From positions 46,314,001 to 46,378,000 of the forward strand of contig OZ260661.1 of NCBI GenBank assembly GCA_965285935.1: a DNA stretch of 64,000 nucleotides. The letters run 5' to 3'. The notes below the pieces were generated by a model. It had not been told where the DNA came from. It did not search any database and worked only from the letters and a program-made list of their open reading frames with translations. Position numbers and translations under genes: made by a program. The DNA is from Ophelia neglecta. Its lineage: Eukaryota. Below, piece by piece: positions 26,552-41,753 of the stretch. How positions within the stretch are numbered: the stretch's first letter is position 1; each line of letters begins with the position of its first letter.

Positions 26552-29500
26552 TATGTCTTGCATTTTGTAAATACTGAACATATAGTCCCATATTTGGTAA
26601 TATTCCGTTACACTTGTACATTGTAAGCCGTACACCTAAGACAAACTGTTGTAAACTGATAGGGCTACCCAAGGTCAAGAAATTCAAAATGAATAAATAA
26701 ATCAAGGAGAATGGCTTCAAAAAGAAAGCCACTTTATTGTATAAGTAATGTTGATGGTTTAAAGGACGGTGAAAGCTGTAATGACAGTAAGTTACGGATA
26801 TAGGCCTACAAGTACTTCACTATTGAACCCAGTTTTCCCACGGAACGCGGGGTTTGTCAGCTTTGGGGTTCCTCTCCCCTCACACCTCTGGAGGAACCCC
26901 ATCACGGCAGTACTGTTGATGATTAGGCCCGGGGCTATGGGTGTTAGAGTTGGGTTCTACCCCGGGCGGGGGCCGGTGTTATAATCAGTACTCTACAGCG
27001 GTTGGGTCTTTGTTCATGTCGGCAGCCGGCTGACATTTGTCCCAAGACTGGTCTCCATTAAAGCAGCGGGGATGAAGTCTTAATGTCGATGCTCCCTTCA
27101 TCCAGCCGATGATTCTGCAGCTTTTAAATTGCTCTCCGAGTTATTGTTCGCTGCAGGAACACGTGGAGCAGGTCTTAGATGGTGTATACTCTTACATGTG
27201 CCTGTCAGTATCTGTATTGTCCGAGACCCACCAGTGACAAAATTCTCGCTGCGGGGTTGAAGAAGATTGCAAGCCTGGCTTCACAGAGTCGGTTAGAAAC
27301 TTGAGGCTCCGCGGGTTGTAATTGGTAAATTGGAACTCGCTCATCGGCCCATGATTATGTGGTTACCCAGATTCAAAGATCGTCACATCTCCATTTTCAA
27401 CTGTAATTAAGACCAACCCAATTCCGGCACCAATATAAACTAATACATAACCTCACAGGTTGTGTGCGCTTCAAAGCACTTATCTGTCTTCTCGTTTCTA
27501 TTGAGTACCGTAATTCGGAGATATTTGGAGTTTGTGTTTGATCTTTGACCTCGGAAATGGCATGCAATGAGACGATTTACAAAACAAAAGAACGGGATTA
27601 TTATGATGCTTCCTTACAATAGCAGGCCTCATCTTTAGTGGGGCCACCATATTTTAGTTGACCTCTGAGCTGCCATGCATGTGACCTTATACTTTACTAC
27701 TGATTAGAGATGAGTATGTTGCGAATTTTACATGATTTTTAAGAGACCTGTTTCAATTACTTTTGGTAAAACCAAACTGTTGAATTGTTGAGACTATTCC
27801 TATAATTTCAATTCAAATAGCATAATGATATACAAAAGTTCACAAAAATGTAGCCGTATATAGTCTGAACATATTGAGAAAGAAAAAAATCGTTAGTCCT
27901 TATCTAACATATGAAGGCATCGAGGCCTATAAAAGTAGAATTTCTGTCGTTAGGCCTATATGCCTATTGAACAAGCATGTCGTTACAATGGGAAGAAATA
28001 TATCGACCAAGTTAACAAAATAGTTTTCTTTAAAATGTGGCACATATATGAAGCCCTTTTTTTTATTATTCAATGTATATCTATACTATTGTTGCACGTA
28101 GCCAAGGTATTAATTGCGAATATGCTTGAAATATAAGTTCGACTTAAAAATCATATAATCTAGTAGAAGGTAGGCAATATATATATATAGGCCAGGGCCT
28201 ATATGGGGCCCTTTGCCTATATGCCTGTAGCTATAGGGGGATATTATGCTTTAATTGTAAGTTGTTCAATATAAAATTCTGCTGATCGTGACGGAGTCAA
28301 AGATCATGTATATGTGCTATCATTATTGTTATGATCGAGATCGATATTTCCCATTTTCTCTGGCGTCAATTTGCCCTTCTCTGGAATTGCTAGTTTCATA
28401 AGGCTATATCGCCTGACCTGTCAAAACAGATACGGGAAGATCGCAATGGTATTATAGTCACGAATTTTCGGCTAATCTTTGATGCTTGTTGTCAACATAA
28501 ACTTGGCCGGCAAATTAATATCTGTGGCGAAATGTGAGCTTCTTAAGAATTAAGGAGGCTTTGACGTGCGAGGCGGCGTACTGAGTTACAATATTAGACC
28601 CTAAATTGGCTGATAGGTGTCCGAAGGATCTGCCTGCCACAAAGACTCTTTCGTGATACCGGCAAATTGTAATCATACATATTTTTCCGAAGCCATAACT
28701 TTCCGTGACACGTCCGCACGATTTCTGTTTACCGCGCTCAACATGAGAAGTGATCAAGCCGGGTTGATTAATTTAATTTCTGTTGGAGCGGACAGTCACA
28801 CTATGGGTTAAATTCACCACCGATATCTTCCTTTTATGCCTCGTGCCCGCTGATGCTGTTGTTGAATGGAAGAAAATTCGATAATTGCAGCCACAATTTT
28901 CTCTGTAGAAATCTTGTCGGTAAACCGTGTAATTTGGGCACTTTGAACAGAATGGCCTTAACTCTATTGCTGCTGTTCCATAGTCGTCTGCTTCACAGAA
29001 ATGGCCGTCAAGATGCTCTATCATTTAAGCGCGTGGGAAAGAAACAAAATGGGGGATTTAACGAAATCTATTCAACCGACTTTCTAATGGTCAAATATTT
29101 TGAATCAATCTCCTGGGCAGTTTTTTTCTTTCTTCAACTCGTTTTTGTCTCCTTCCAATTTTTTTACAGTTACGTGTGGCATAACTTTAATGGCTAACCG
29201 CGTGCATACAATGTAAACATGGAACTGTAACCTTTTATTACCAACATTTGACGATTGTAACTCTTACTATTGAGTCTTACGTCAGTGAAAACATTTTGCA
29301 ATGCGTTTAAAAAATGTATAGCCTAAGACCTCTTTTCTGAAATGACTTTGACATTTCGGACCATGTGGGTTTACGACTAATCTTAACAACATATGTTTGT
29401 GCGGCTTTAATGTGGCGTTTTGAATGTAAGAAGAAATACATAGAGGACAGCGTATATAATGTTACTGACACATCTCAAATAACAATAATAATATTACAAA

Positions 29501-32500
29501 TTACAATATTATCTGGTACATAAATTGTGTGGCCCTCCTTTTCACTTAAGCCTTAGCACAATTGGTTTATTAATCCGTCTTAATAATTGGCCAATGACTC
29601 ACTTCTTTAAAGCGAAGCCCCGTCACTCTTGAAATAAAATCCGTCTAATGTGAATCGCAGAAACTATCTGATATCTTCAAAAACAGCACTGGTGGTTTTT
29701 ACAAGGCTCCAAACTTGTCAGTCTAAATTGATGAGACCTTCCTGTTCTTAATATTCCAATCCAGATAGCATCATAGCCGTAATAATAAACTCGTCAAACC
29801 TGACGGACCAACATTACGGCCTTTGCCTTTCTTTATGGTCATTCTTCTTCTCTTTAGCGCCCTGGTGTCCTGTCGTCTGCTGACATTTATGAGGTATCTG
29901 ATAACAGTTTGTTTGAAGGGCGAGCAGAGTTTGGTGAAACTCTAGTTGGGTACTTAAACCTTGCTTATAGGGGTCACTGATGGTATCAGGCAGCGATTTA
30001 CCAATCACAACCTTTGTTACATTGACAGGCCATTTCTTGCAACAATACAATAACTATTCGTTTGATCCACCTTTCCATCGCACCGAGGACCGTGTTTCAA
30101 TAACCCATTGTACATTGTGATTAAACATTGGCAATTATGCAGTGACTCAGGTCAATATTTATATGCAGCCGACGTAGATTCGCTTGTAATTTTATTTATT
30201 CTTCTACATGAGCCGAAGAAAGGACCATGCGGCAATGCCATGTATTTCACCGGAAGGGTTGGTAATTTTGTTATTGGGATATACTTTAAGAGAAAATATA
30301 TTTTTAAGCCTATAGGCCCTATACAACATATTGCGTACACATGTAGTATTGCAATCCAAACTTAAAAAATACAATTCGCATCTACATTGAATTGAGAAAA
30401 ACACATGCTCGTATTGTTTTGTATTGTTTAATACGAGCATTTAACAGTAAAGACACTCTCATAGGAAGGAGTTGAGTTGTATAAATTCATACTTTTGCCA
30501 CGACAAAAATTCTATTTTATTTACCAACTAACAAGGATGGCTCATATGATAACGACATCACGTGCCTCAATATGAATCTCCCCGGACTAAACATTATTTT
30601 GTTCTTATATGTATCATAAGCTCTGTCTGAGTCTGATTCTGAGCTTGTATACACGTGTCTTTCAAAAGCCTCCGCTGGTTACACATCTTACTGAAGCTGG
30701 ATAATCCTCTATTTGGAACTGCTTCAGCAACCGACATAGAATTGCCTCCGTCCAGCTAGATTGCTTTCACAATATTTTAAATATTAAAGGTGGTTTCAGG
30801 AAACACCTTTGTTCATGCGCCAGGTATTGATATGACTCAGTGAGTCTCGAGTTGAATTATCTACATGTATGTATTATTCTTTTACCACGTGACTCAGAAA
30901 ACACTTTCAAATAACCTATGGATTTATTTTCAGAATGAATACTTTGGCTACAATATATCAGTTATCCCTCAAGTCAAAGGCCTGACTAATTATCTTATAT
31001 TGTTAAGGATGTGACAATATATCGTTGACGCTTCCATTGTCTCGGCATAAACACTGTTAGAACCTTTCTGTCAACACGTTGAAAAATAGATAAGGGGGAT
31101 TAATAAATAATACAGACACGATGGTTTTTTGTGCCAAGCCTTACTGCATTTTAAGCGTTAAAGCCACGGTGATACCATAGATAGAGCAATTTCAATTAAC
31201 CGCGGTGAATTATGGATCAATTTAGGAGCAGCAGACGACAACTAGTATATACATGTACTGAACTACTCTAGGCCGCCAAACAAAAAAACAAATACATCCT
31301 CCTCGCTAACATAATACCGCATTCCGCAAGCTTCTCGCTCTCTCGAGAACTACACGAGTGCCCATGTAATTAATTTAATATCTGGCTCCCTTTAATTTGG
31401 ACCTAATCAGATATGGTCGCTGATGCACCTGCACTTCTTTGTTGAACATCGATTGAAGCGCCTAGAGCAATGCCGACAGGCCAGTGGAGGGGTAGGGTTC
31501 CCATCTCACCCCGTTTATAACCACCCGAAAAAGTATTCGATCTGGGAAAATTAGAAGCTTTGAGTAACTTGATTCTCGAGCATTGAGACTAGACTGATAC
31601 TGGATGATGAGCCCGCGAGATCTGTTAAAAATATTATAATCTCTCCATTCCCTGAGGCGGCCGAGATGTTTTAGGGCTAGGTTAAAGGCAGCATGCCATT
31701 TGTTTTATTTCAAGAGGGCGAGTTCTTCAACTTGTCTGTTGGCATTTTCATGCCTTGTTTCGATTTTTATTCAGTTGTAGTATGAAAATTGTTCAATGCA
31801 AATAAGCCACAGAGGCAAGTGTTTATTTAAGAGTAGGTTATTAAAAAGTGTACTATATTAGGCCTTAGCTCCCGAAACTAACAAAAAACACTATATTACC
31901 TAGCTATAGTATCGTAATGATTTCCGGTAACAATGCAATTGCTGTGAATCCATTGGTTCAGCACAGGCATTTTCCCTCGCGTATTTATATGCGATAATTT
32001 TTGTTGAACATTACCAATTACATTAAGACGAATCAGTAAAGGATGTGTATAAAATAGACACCTAAATCGTCAATAATTCCATGAATGAGTACATGTATAT
32101 CTATCGAAGACATTTGAACGCCGTTTCGTCCAGGAAAATACGTCTTCGAAAATCTGCTGGGCTGATGTAATTTGAAACACATGATAAAGAGGATGATGGA
32201 GTGGCCACATTAAACCCAATGGATTCAAATTATTATGCACCAACGCCTTCCAATCACTCCGCTAACACCCAAGGGTCAAAATAATCTATTTCTCTATTCC
32301 ATAGGTCAAAATCGACCCGCCATGTCCTTAGCACAAGCTGTTGATTGATTTCTTCCTCTTTGCAAATATCCGAGAGAGCTACATTCGAGGCCCTAAGGTC
32401 TCGATGTGAACGAGTCTAATTCAGCATTAATGTTTCCTCTGTGAGACAATGCTTCTTGATGGGCACTACATTGTGTCATCTCTGGCCTTTAAGGGTCCGC

Positions 32501-35500
32501 ATTAACACATGAGGAGGATTATTAAATTTGTGAAAGAGCTCCACAGTTAAAGCAGAGGAACAAATATATTTACACGATGGGTAAGGGTAATAATATGATC
32601 GAGGTAGTCTTTGTTAGATGTATTATAGATGTATTATAGCTGTCGCGTGTTCTCTCTAGCAGACAAAAGACCAATATTTGTCCCAAATTTCTATGCTTTG
32701 CTCATCGCATGAAGATCTATTGCATTTGTCGCCTCACTAGTCTTACAAGTAACTATGTTACCAATGACTAGTCTTATATAGCCCAAAATCAATACGAACG
32801 AGAGCCCAGCTCCTGATTACAAAACAGAATAGGCCTGTCATTAAACCCGTGTTTAGGTAAAACATCGAGACAAAAACTACGAACTACACGGGAAAACCCG
32901 TCTTTCATGAATAAAAAGCTGTTAATATTTCACTCTGAACTGAAATAGGAAACGCTCAATAGGAAACCACTTGAATTGCACACCGAAGGACAAGTTGAAT
33001 TAAACATATCTTGACTCGTATTTTCTTTTGAACCTTTTTTACGCGTTAAAAGCTTCTCCATTCTATTTCCATGGGTATGTCGGGATCTTGTGGTGCTGAG
33101 TGTTTTGACAGCTTTGTATAATATGTTTCAGCGTCAGATTTGATGATGAAAAGACGCAACTGAACCAACATGCCATAACAAGGATTTAGAAAGCTTCATT
33201 TGGGGGTACAATTGGCAATGACTCTTATAGTTTCTTGTTTCACTTATACACTGTTGAAAGAATGCGCGAAATTGTTATTTTTACATTTGAATTGCTTTGC
33301 ACAAGGTATTTCCTCAGCTATTATAGCACAGATGTCACATGTGTAATTTGAGAGGCGATAGTTAAGCGAGGCAATTCTACAACTCTGCTGAGAGAGATGT
33401 CTAAAGCGTGTCAAGATGGAGATCTCGGGGGGAAACAGTCGATCAGTTATTAATAAAGCTGCCCCTTGGGCAAAGATATGCACCTGTCTCAGGGTCCATT
33501 ATGACAAAAGTTGCGTGAATTGTTTAGGAAACACGCGATTTGCTTTCCTGAAGCGCTCATATCGGCGATAGCGGCGTAACTCAGCTGTCACCAAATCCGG
33601 CAATTTGAATCCGCGGGTCAGACGCTAACCGAGAAGTTCCCGGATGATTGACGTATCTTTCGTCCATTTTGCCATAGAGACGAAGAAATTTGACAAATTT
33701 GATGACAGAGGCGAGGCCCTGAGCTAGTTACATCATACAGGTCTGATAAATCAAATAACCTGTTCCAATGTGATTACAGTAATTTTCCCATCGAACAACA
33801 ACGCCTGTTTGCGGCTGTCACCAGCTAGTTTTGAGTTGCTTGACATAACGGTCACCTACTAATTCCACTAGCCAGTGATTGAAGCCTGGGGGCAACAAGA
33901 ATACATTATCTACTGTTCATGTCAGATATGCACCAATATTTGAAGCAAACACTCGAAAATAAACCACAGGGCCGATGTTACCAATGTGGACTGCTAAATT
34001 AGTCATGGACCTTCATTTGTACTTTGGACACATCGTGCCCTCGAAGCAATCACATATTTGGAATTCTGCTGGTTCATTTTATTGTTTAGGTGTTCATTAA
34101 GTAAGTTTCCACCACCTAAATCTAATATCCGTTTCAATCAGAACCTTCACTCTTGTCATTTGCAACGAATAGTAGAAGCTGGATGAGTCCAAATCTTTTG
34201 TCAGCCATTCCCCTTCCTGTCAACAAGTTTCAAGCGAGAGAAAATTGTTCAAATGGTGCTTTTCATTCTTCAGCGACGGCTAACGTGTAATAAAGTTTCC
34301 ACCGCTAATTCTGCAACGGGAAGATCCATGTTTGTGGTATTGTCATTGAATACAAATAGACGAGCCATTCTTGCAACGCACACTGCGGTTGAAGCTTCAT
34401 TTTCCTGCAGTTGAGTCATAAACGATGGTGATTTGTTGGGTTTGGGAAAATAGTCCAGTCACGTCTGCAGAGGTGACATACTGTCCACAACAGATAATGG
34501 CCATCCCACCTAATATGGTCAACATGCTGCTGGTACACCTATTCTCTTTGGTTCGCATGTAGTTTCCTCTATTTATACCTTGAACAATGAACGCTTACTA
34601 TAAATTCGTGCCAGAACCCTTAATAGTCCTAGCAAGCAGCAGCGGCTATAGCTAACCAATTTAAATAATGAAACAATAAAAACACAAACAAGCCGTCAAA
34701 GATTTCATAGTTTGTAAACATATGGGTTCAGTAATTGGATGATTGTTTTTTGTAAACAAAATCGATTTTAAATATATGGTGGGGAGGAGTAGACCTGCCG
34801 TGGAAAGCGATAGTTGACCTTTACATTTGCTATTCCGATTAGGAATCCTGTTCCCTTCGCGGTAATACTAAGCTAATCCTTGTTCTGCAAACAAAAGAAG
34901 ACGAGTGATTAATCAGTGCTTCATCTGCGGTTTCATTCCCGGGACTATATTCAGGGCGTAGTAATCCCCGATCGCCCCCGACACCTCGGCAGACGACACT
35001 GCCAGATCGCTGCATGACGCAGCTGCCTGCGCAGTCTCGTCTGAAAGAAACCTGTCGGGACTCACACCTGAGCTTACGAGAGATGAGCAGTTCTTGATAA
35101 TTGAACTTTTAGATTAGTTGCCCGATTAGAAGCGATCTTAGCAATTGTGTGAAACTAATCCCGGAATTAGTGGCTAATCTTCCGGTGGTGGCACCTTGGC
35201 CGAAAGCGTCAAGCGTTTCTTCAAGGACAAGTGTATTCAGCGACGGATGAAATATGAAGCTAATATTTCAGATTAAATCGCTCCTTATTTCCGCTGTTGT
35301 TATTTGGCATTTTATCTCCTTGGTTGTAATTCAACACAAAACCTTCCTACTTCCACTACGTCAAGTACATAAATTGCTATGAAATATGCGTGCTAAATCG
35401 GATCGGACCTTCCTGACAAACACATTGGTTGATTACCAAGCAACTGCCGAGATCGCGACTTTTCTAATGAGGCGGAAGTCGACTTTTGGAAGGAGTGTTC

Positions 35501-38500
35501 TTCCAAAGAATACAAAAAAGCTTTAAATCAAATTTATTTTTAGCATGAACAGACATAGTAATGCGGTGTTAGATACAAATAGGCCTACAGGTTATTTACC
35601 AAAGGCAGCAACGATATGTCTAATGCCTAAACGCATTCTTTAGTTAGGCCTATAAAATAGTAGTATACGACGCTGAAAGTTTTACCTTGTTTTTAAAATG
35701 CTAACGGTTTAAACTTCCGAAAAAGATTGGACAAAGTGCTTAAAGTTTTGCTGGTCCTTTCTCTGGATTGATTGGCTGGGCTAATTCCCGCCCTGGGAGT
35801 TCTGCCCACTCGCCCTGATCTCGGCTCATACCCCCAAGCTGCAATCCGAACTGAAATTCGCCCCGATCGGAATTCCGCGGGATTAGATGAGGGTTTCTTG
35901 TCGAGTGTTTGTCGAAGAAAATGGATACTTTCCTCTATTGAAAGGCGAGATCATTGCTCAGCCAGACTAGGCAGCTTTGCGCAGATTGAAGATGACTTGG
36001 GACTTAGCCAAAGGGCAAGTAGGGACTATTTCTGAGCCATCAACGAGAAAACCGATCGGGAAAAGCGTGTGAAATTGACAGTGGGAAATACAACATCATA
36101 TCGTATGACCACCAGACTCATTTAGGGGCACTCTCGGCGAGAGTTTATCTATCCCCAGGCAGTTGTGGCCTTTAGAAACAACTCCGACACTCTACCATCA
36201 ATCCCTTGTGGTCTGCGGTCGCCGCTATTTTACCAGAAATCCCGCCTTTGACCAAGTATGTCGCATCAAGTTATCAAGATAAAATCCCGAGATCATTTGA
36301 TACCACTAGCAGACTGCCGAGTTTGTTGTTTTTTACCATGCTGTGGGCGTCGATGGTAATCTTTCACCAAATATTCGGACAACTTATGTTGGTTCTAGTA
36401 ATTGGTTCCACCCAATATTAAAGTTAACATGCCGCCGGCCACTTCTGCTTTCATGCAGGATTATTTCGATAAATGTCATTGAGTAAGAAATATTGAAATA
36501 TGCAGGTGTTTATCTTCTTCGTGTGGTAGATATCAGGGTTTCTTCGAGCCCGCTCGTGGATCGATTTGTAAGAAGTTAACAAATGGTTTACACATAGGCC
36601 TATAGACCTGTAAGAATTAAGTAAACAAATGGTTTGCCCAGTGCGCAGTGGTCCGGATGTAGATTAATCATGGTCTTTTTTGTGTTTTATGAAGTATATA
36701 TACTGGTCTACCAAGCCAATAAATATAAGTTGATATATATTTTTTTTTAATTCCCTCAGATATTTTACTAAAAATTGGAAACTACAGCGCCACTCATTCC
36801 TTTACATTCGTAAACTGAGAATTAAAGAATTCTTGTTGCTGCAAACACTGACAAAAAAAATTTGACAGGGGCAGGTGGGCTGTTAAAAGTATACATTAAT
36901 TATAAAGTCCATCAGATTAAACAACATGGAAATCGTTAGCAGGCCTATCCTTTTCACATCGAATTTGATAAAGGGTCTAATGTGAAAACTTAAGATGCTT
37001 GGACATCGACTCTACACTTTGGTTCCAGTTAATTTTCAGGACAGTAGCTTAATGGAGGTACACAATTAACTGGACTGCTAGAAATGTGATGCTGAATACG
37101 GAGCTGGTGAACATTGTTTTCCAACAATTGGTGTACAGATGGCGTTCTGCGGTATAATTATGACCTTCTCACCTTCAGCAGCACGACGTCTCTCCTCACG
37201 TGGTCACACCCGACAGACGAACGCCGACAAGCTTCCCGCTTGGACTCTCCAGCCCCACTGCGACTGCGCGGAAGTGTCATTTCCGACAGGGCGATTTCAC
37301 GCTGCGTTGAGCACATGATTGGCGGGGAGGGCCTGCGACAGCATAGTGGTCTGCTAATAGATTTATTTGACCTCTGTCAGACTGATTGTGATCACAATGT
37401 ATCCACCCGTCTGACGCGCCCTTAACCCCGTATTACGCCACATGTTGTTGTGACGAACCCTCCACTGCAAGTAGAATTTACTCTCCGGTCAGAGGAACAC
37501 CGCTCTCAGCCACAGCAGGATTTGGTAAACTCGATGGGTTGCCATCAATATGTGTATTGAACGCAGCGCAAAATAGGCTATAAAGGCTATTACATGGATA
37601 AGTTGATGGAGAGCCACCTAACCAGTCAGACATTTATATCGATTGAAGGAGAAGTGTAAAATTCTCCACAACTAACCATATGAATTATGAAAATCCCTCG
37701 CTTGTTGCGGTTATTCATTCGGAAAATCTAGAGTTAGTTATATGGATGGCGGGCATTATGTCGGCCTTTATCCAGAAAGCCTTCTGCTAAATCAGATTTG
37801 AGCGTGGGCAATGGAGGAAGCGTAATTCAGGGGATGCTCGGGGACAACATGTCATAATTTGCGTTATTGAACTGGAAGGATGTGTTCATATCGGAGAGTG
37901 GCGTGCAATACCCCATCGACGTCAATGAGGGTGCCGAGCTCGGGTGATCACATCCGAGAGTCTCGTCTGCTCGTAATGCGGGCAGATCGCCCTAATAATT
38001 ATTACATTTCACTAACATCATAAGCCTCCACAGTGACAATGTCGGTAATTCGCGTTGTCACTTTCTTGCCCGCAGGCACCGGTTGTCGAGTATGAAAATA
38101 GCGAGAGAACAAATTGTATTTTTCCTTGCCCACTCTGCCCAATTTAAGAGAAATGGCGGCCACTTTAGTCGACTTGTCGGAGGATGAAACCGGCTAAAAT
38201 GAGTTACCCATCCCTCATTACCCCGGCCCACTTGGACTAATATCATCATAATAAGCACGGCCAGCGGTATTTGGTATTCTGCGAAAGCAATATGACAAAA
38301 CCGTCTGATTATGCCATTAGATACCAATTCAGGATAATCATCGTTGAATTCGAATTGCGCCGAATAACTCGCATCAATGGCTATTTTATACAGCTCATTC
38401 GGCAGCTCATCAAAATTTGATGGCTTCCAATGGTCTGGCCTACGAAATCGAATCCTCTGACTGTTCCCCCAGCGATGTAGGACAGTCTTAAAGATGTGAC

Positions 38501-41234
38501 TGGCGTCCTAAACTCACAAATGGCAGTCTTTAGCTGTTTGTGAATGTCTCCAATACGGTTGGCCGGTGACGGATATAATTTCTACGTGTAGAATCCGCTG
38601 TATACAAAGGCGATTTAATGGCTCGCAAAGAGGCAATCGGAGTCAGCCTCATCCTGTATTATGATCCGACATCTTGTCGTTTCCTCAGGTTACAAGCTTT
38701 TCAACACAAATAGTCCCAAGTCCGCACCATCCTCTCGTTTGTTTTTCAAACGGCATTTTAAACTGCAGAAAAACATCGGGCCATTATCGTAATAAAAAGG
38801 TCTCCAATAGTGTTTAGTTGGAGTTTTTCTAATGATTCAGGGTAAGGGCTACATTTCATATATGATGTGTGATAACAAAAGATTGACATATTCACATGGG
38901 TATCGCTTTCTCGTACGCTGGTGGTATTTTCTACGCGATTAGCTCCCAAAAAGACACATTCAATAACAAGTTCAGCTTGCATTCAGCCGAACTTACACAA
39001 CAAAACTGGCAACTCTGAACTTTTCCCACGACAACCTCAGTTATTTTTCCTGTCAGTACGTAACCTGCGACTCAATGAAGGTAATCATCGAAGGTGTACT
39101 TGACAGTAATTGAGCTTATTTTAGCCAACCTGGGCTTTTCTTCATAGCTGTATTACACCTTAAGTGATGGCATTTTCCGACAGATTTGACACTGTAGTCT
39201 GCCACTGCCGGAACCCAGTGGCGCTGTATAGAGTTGTGGAATGGTACGGCATCGAAGGAGAATTATGTTACAAATTAACATCGATGATATTCATGTTGAA
39301 AGAATGTGATGGCTCATCTGATAGCAATCTCGAATGATACGAGTTCCAGCGTCCAAACAATGACCTAGCAGTTTGTCGGTGGACAAAGCAGTGTAATAGC
39401 AAACGTTGGTAAAGAAACTGATAATAACAGGCCTGGACTGATCACATGCATTGGTAATCACCCATCAAAAAACACCCGGGTTCAACATAAAATACCAATT
39501 ATTTTTGATGAGCAAAATATGATACCGTTTATCAATATCCTATAAATATCCTAATGCTGGCATAAACCTGTTTGCAATTCATATAAAACTAACAGCTAAT
39601 TTGTGTTTAGCTGGTAAACCGATCGCTAACTAATCCTGCGTACCGATAGTCGAGTAACCATAATTCATCCAAATAGTTTGGTGTAGCTCGCTGATCTGTT
39701 TAAGCTGGAGCGAGCATTCAATAACGGAAGGGCAATATGAAAAGGTTGGTGGAAGGCAGTGTATCTGCAAGTACTTATGTCAGCAGACGATCTAAAGCAG
39801 ACGATATGTGTCTGACTGTACTAATTTGGCGGGATACTCGGCTAATACACGCGAGCTGATGATGCTATGGCTTAGAGCAGATATCTGCTATAATCCGCCA
39901 TCCCCGCCTGTTAGGTATGATTTATGTAAACTTCTTGCCCACCAGCCCCACCACCCCCACCCTCTCTGTTCGCATAAACTATGCACAAATGGGAGTCTTT
40001 AGGCTAAAAAGTATGTAGACCTAGATACTACTCGGCATTAAAGCTTTGTAGAGCAACTCAGATTTTTGGCCTGCTTTGAAACAATAATTTTCGGCAAATC
40101 TTGGCTTTAAGTTCACTTCAATGATTATGTGTTACGCGTGACCTACATACTTTGATATTTTCCCTGACCCAGTTCCATAGCTGGCTCTGAACACCTGATC
40201 ACAGATCGCATTTGTGTGTATCATTATTTTGTGCTTTGTGCATAAGGGTAAAGCGCGTTGCGCACATCGCAAGAAGCACTGTAACCTAGTAATATTGTTG
40301 TCTGGAACAGTACTTTGTAGTCATGCCAAGATAAATGCTTGCATAGCTTATTTCCTGAAAGAGATGTCCGAGATTTTTTCACAATTCAGCGAGGGTTTGA
40401 AAGAACTATGCCTAATAATTAAAAATTGCCCGTTTTTGTTGCCACTTCCGGTTTTATAATGAAAGTATCCCTGGTTCATTGTGGAAGTAGAAAAAAATTT
40501 ACGTATCTAGGTCTTCAGAAATGAGTTTAGACTGCCATTGTTTATTAAATAATAGAATTTTCACAATGTGTTGCAAAATACCGCGAAGAGAAAATGTTAA
40601 ACAGTGTGTTCTGTAGAAAAATTTCTCAATATTTGACTTGGTCTAGAATAGTGAGAATAGGCCTATTCGTAATCGAGTTCATCGCCATATATGACAGGAT
40701 AGCAAATTAAGGCTAAATCTGGAGTAAAAAACTGAACACTGGTGATGAAGAAAATTTAAGAACCTGTTTTCTTCTATCATTTGGTGCTAACATGTGTGTT
40801 AGAATTTGCAAAAAGTAATTGTCAAGGTCAGAGATCTAGGTCGAGCGGAAATAATACCTTCCACGAGCGTTGCCTAATGACAATGCAGCTGTTGGGCTCT
40901 GTATACGACTACAGAACTGTAGGCTTTATGGTACAGAAACTATAGTTTTGATGTCATTTCGAAAGGTCAAGGTGGCAAACTTGGGCTTAATCCCGCAATG
41001 AAAATGGCCTTGCACCAAATGCTTCTATAGTCCATACTAGAATATAATCTCCCATACTGTAATTGGTCATTTTTGAACCAACTCACTGGATTATGGCTAT
41101 GTTTAAATGCCTGGGATATTGCCAGGTCAACGGGTAGGTCTTATATATATATTTTATAAAGATATATATATATTATAGTCGAATGTTTCTCAGACGACAT
41201 ATAGGCATACGCTGTCGCTTCAACGAAAAGTTTA

Positions 41235-41753
41235 AGGGAGTGCAGGGCAAGATGGGAGGCGGGCCAAGACGGGATATACCCTAGGCCTATTTCGCCATAT
41301 GAATTTATCTATTTTCCCCCAGTTAGTTAAAAAAATTGCTGAGCTAATCCATATCATATCTGAGCAAAAACATTCAACGCGGACGGTTGTTCATCGTTAG
41401 TAAATGCATTTAGTATAGGCATAATTTGGGATAGATCAATACAAAAAGAGATAAACTACGTCTTAAACCGTCTTGTTAAATTCATTGAGATAAGGCGGAC
41501 GAATAAGTCTAACATAACAACCTTCTTAATCTGCACTCGTGGGGTAAAACATGCTGGGGCAAAATACAACATTTATTTATAAATGCATAAAAGTTTTCTG
41601 GTAAAAGTTCTACATATTTATCGGTCATTGTCGTTGCACTGTCTAAAAGTTATTCAACACGTTAAGTTTCGTCAGAAAATTAAAGAAAAAATGCATTGTT
41701 CTTGTTTTAATGCCGAATTTGTCTTAGCTTGTCTGTTTTGCCCCGTCTTTCCC
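41235..41753. mobile_element. Old TA-flanked MITE (~520 bp, degenerate TIRs)
   Basis: Left end TA-AGGGAGTGCAGGGCAAGATGG versus reverse complement of right end TA-GGGAAAGACGGGGCAAAACAG. The GGGCAA(G/A)A motif recurs internally. Confidence 0.4.

Noticed and set aside
39190-39235. Hairpin GCCACTG-ccggaacc-CAGTGGC as a Helitron end or pre-miRNA
   Set aside because: No downstream CTRR terminus, and the stem is too short for a pre-miRNA.
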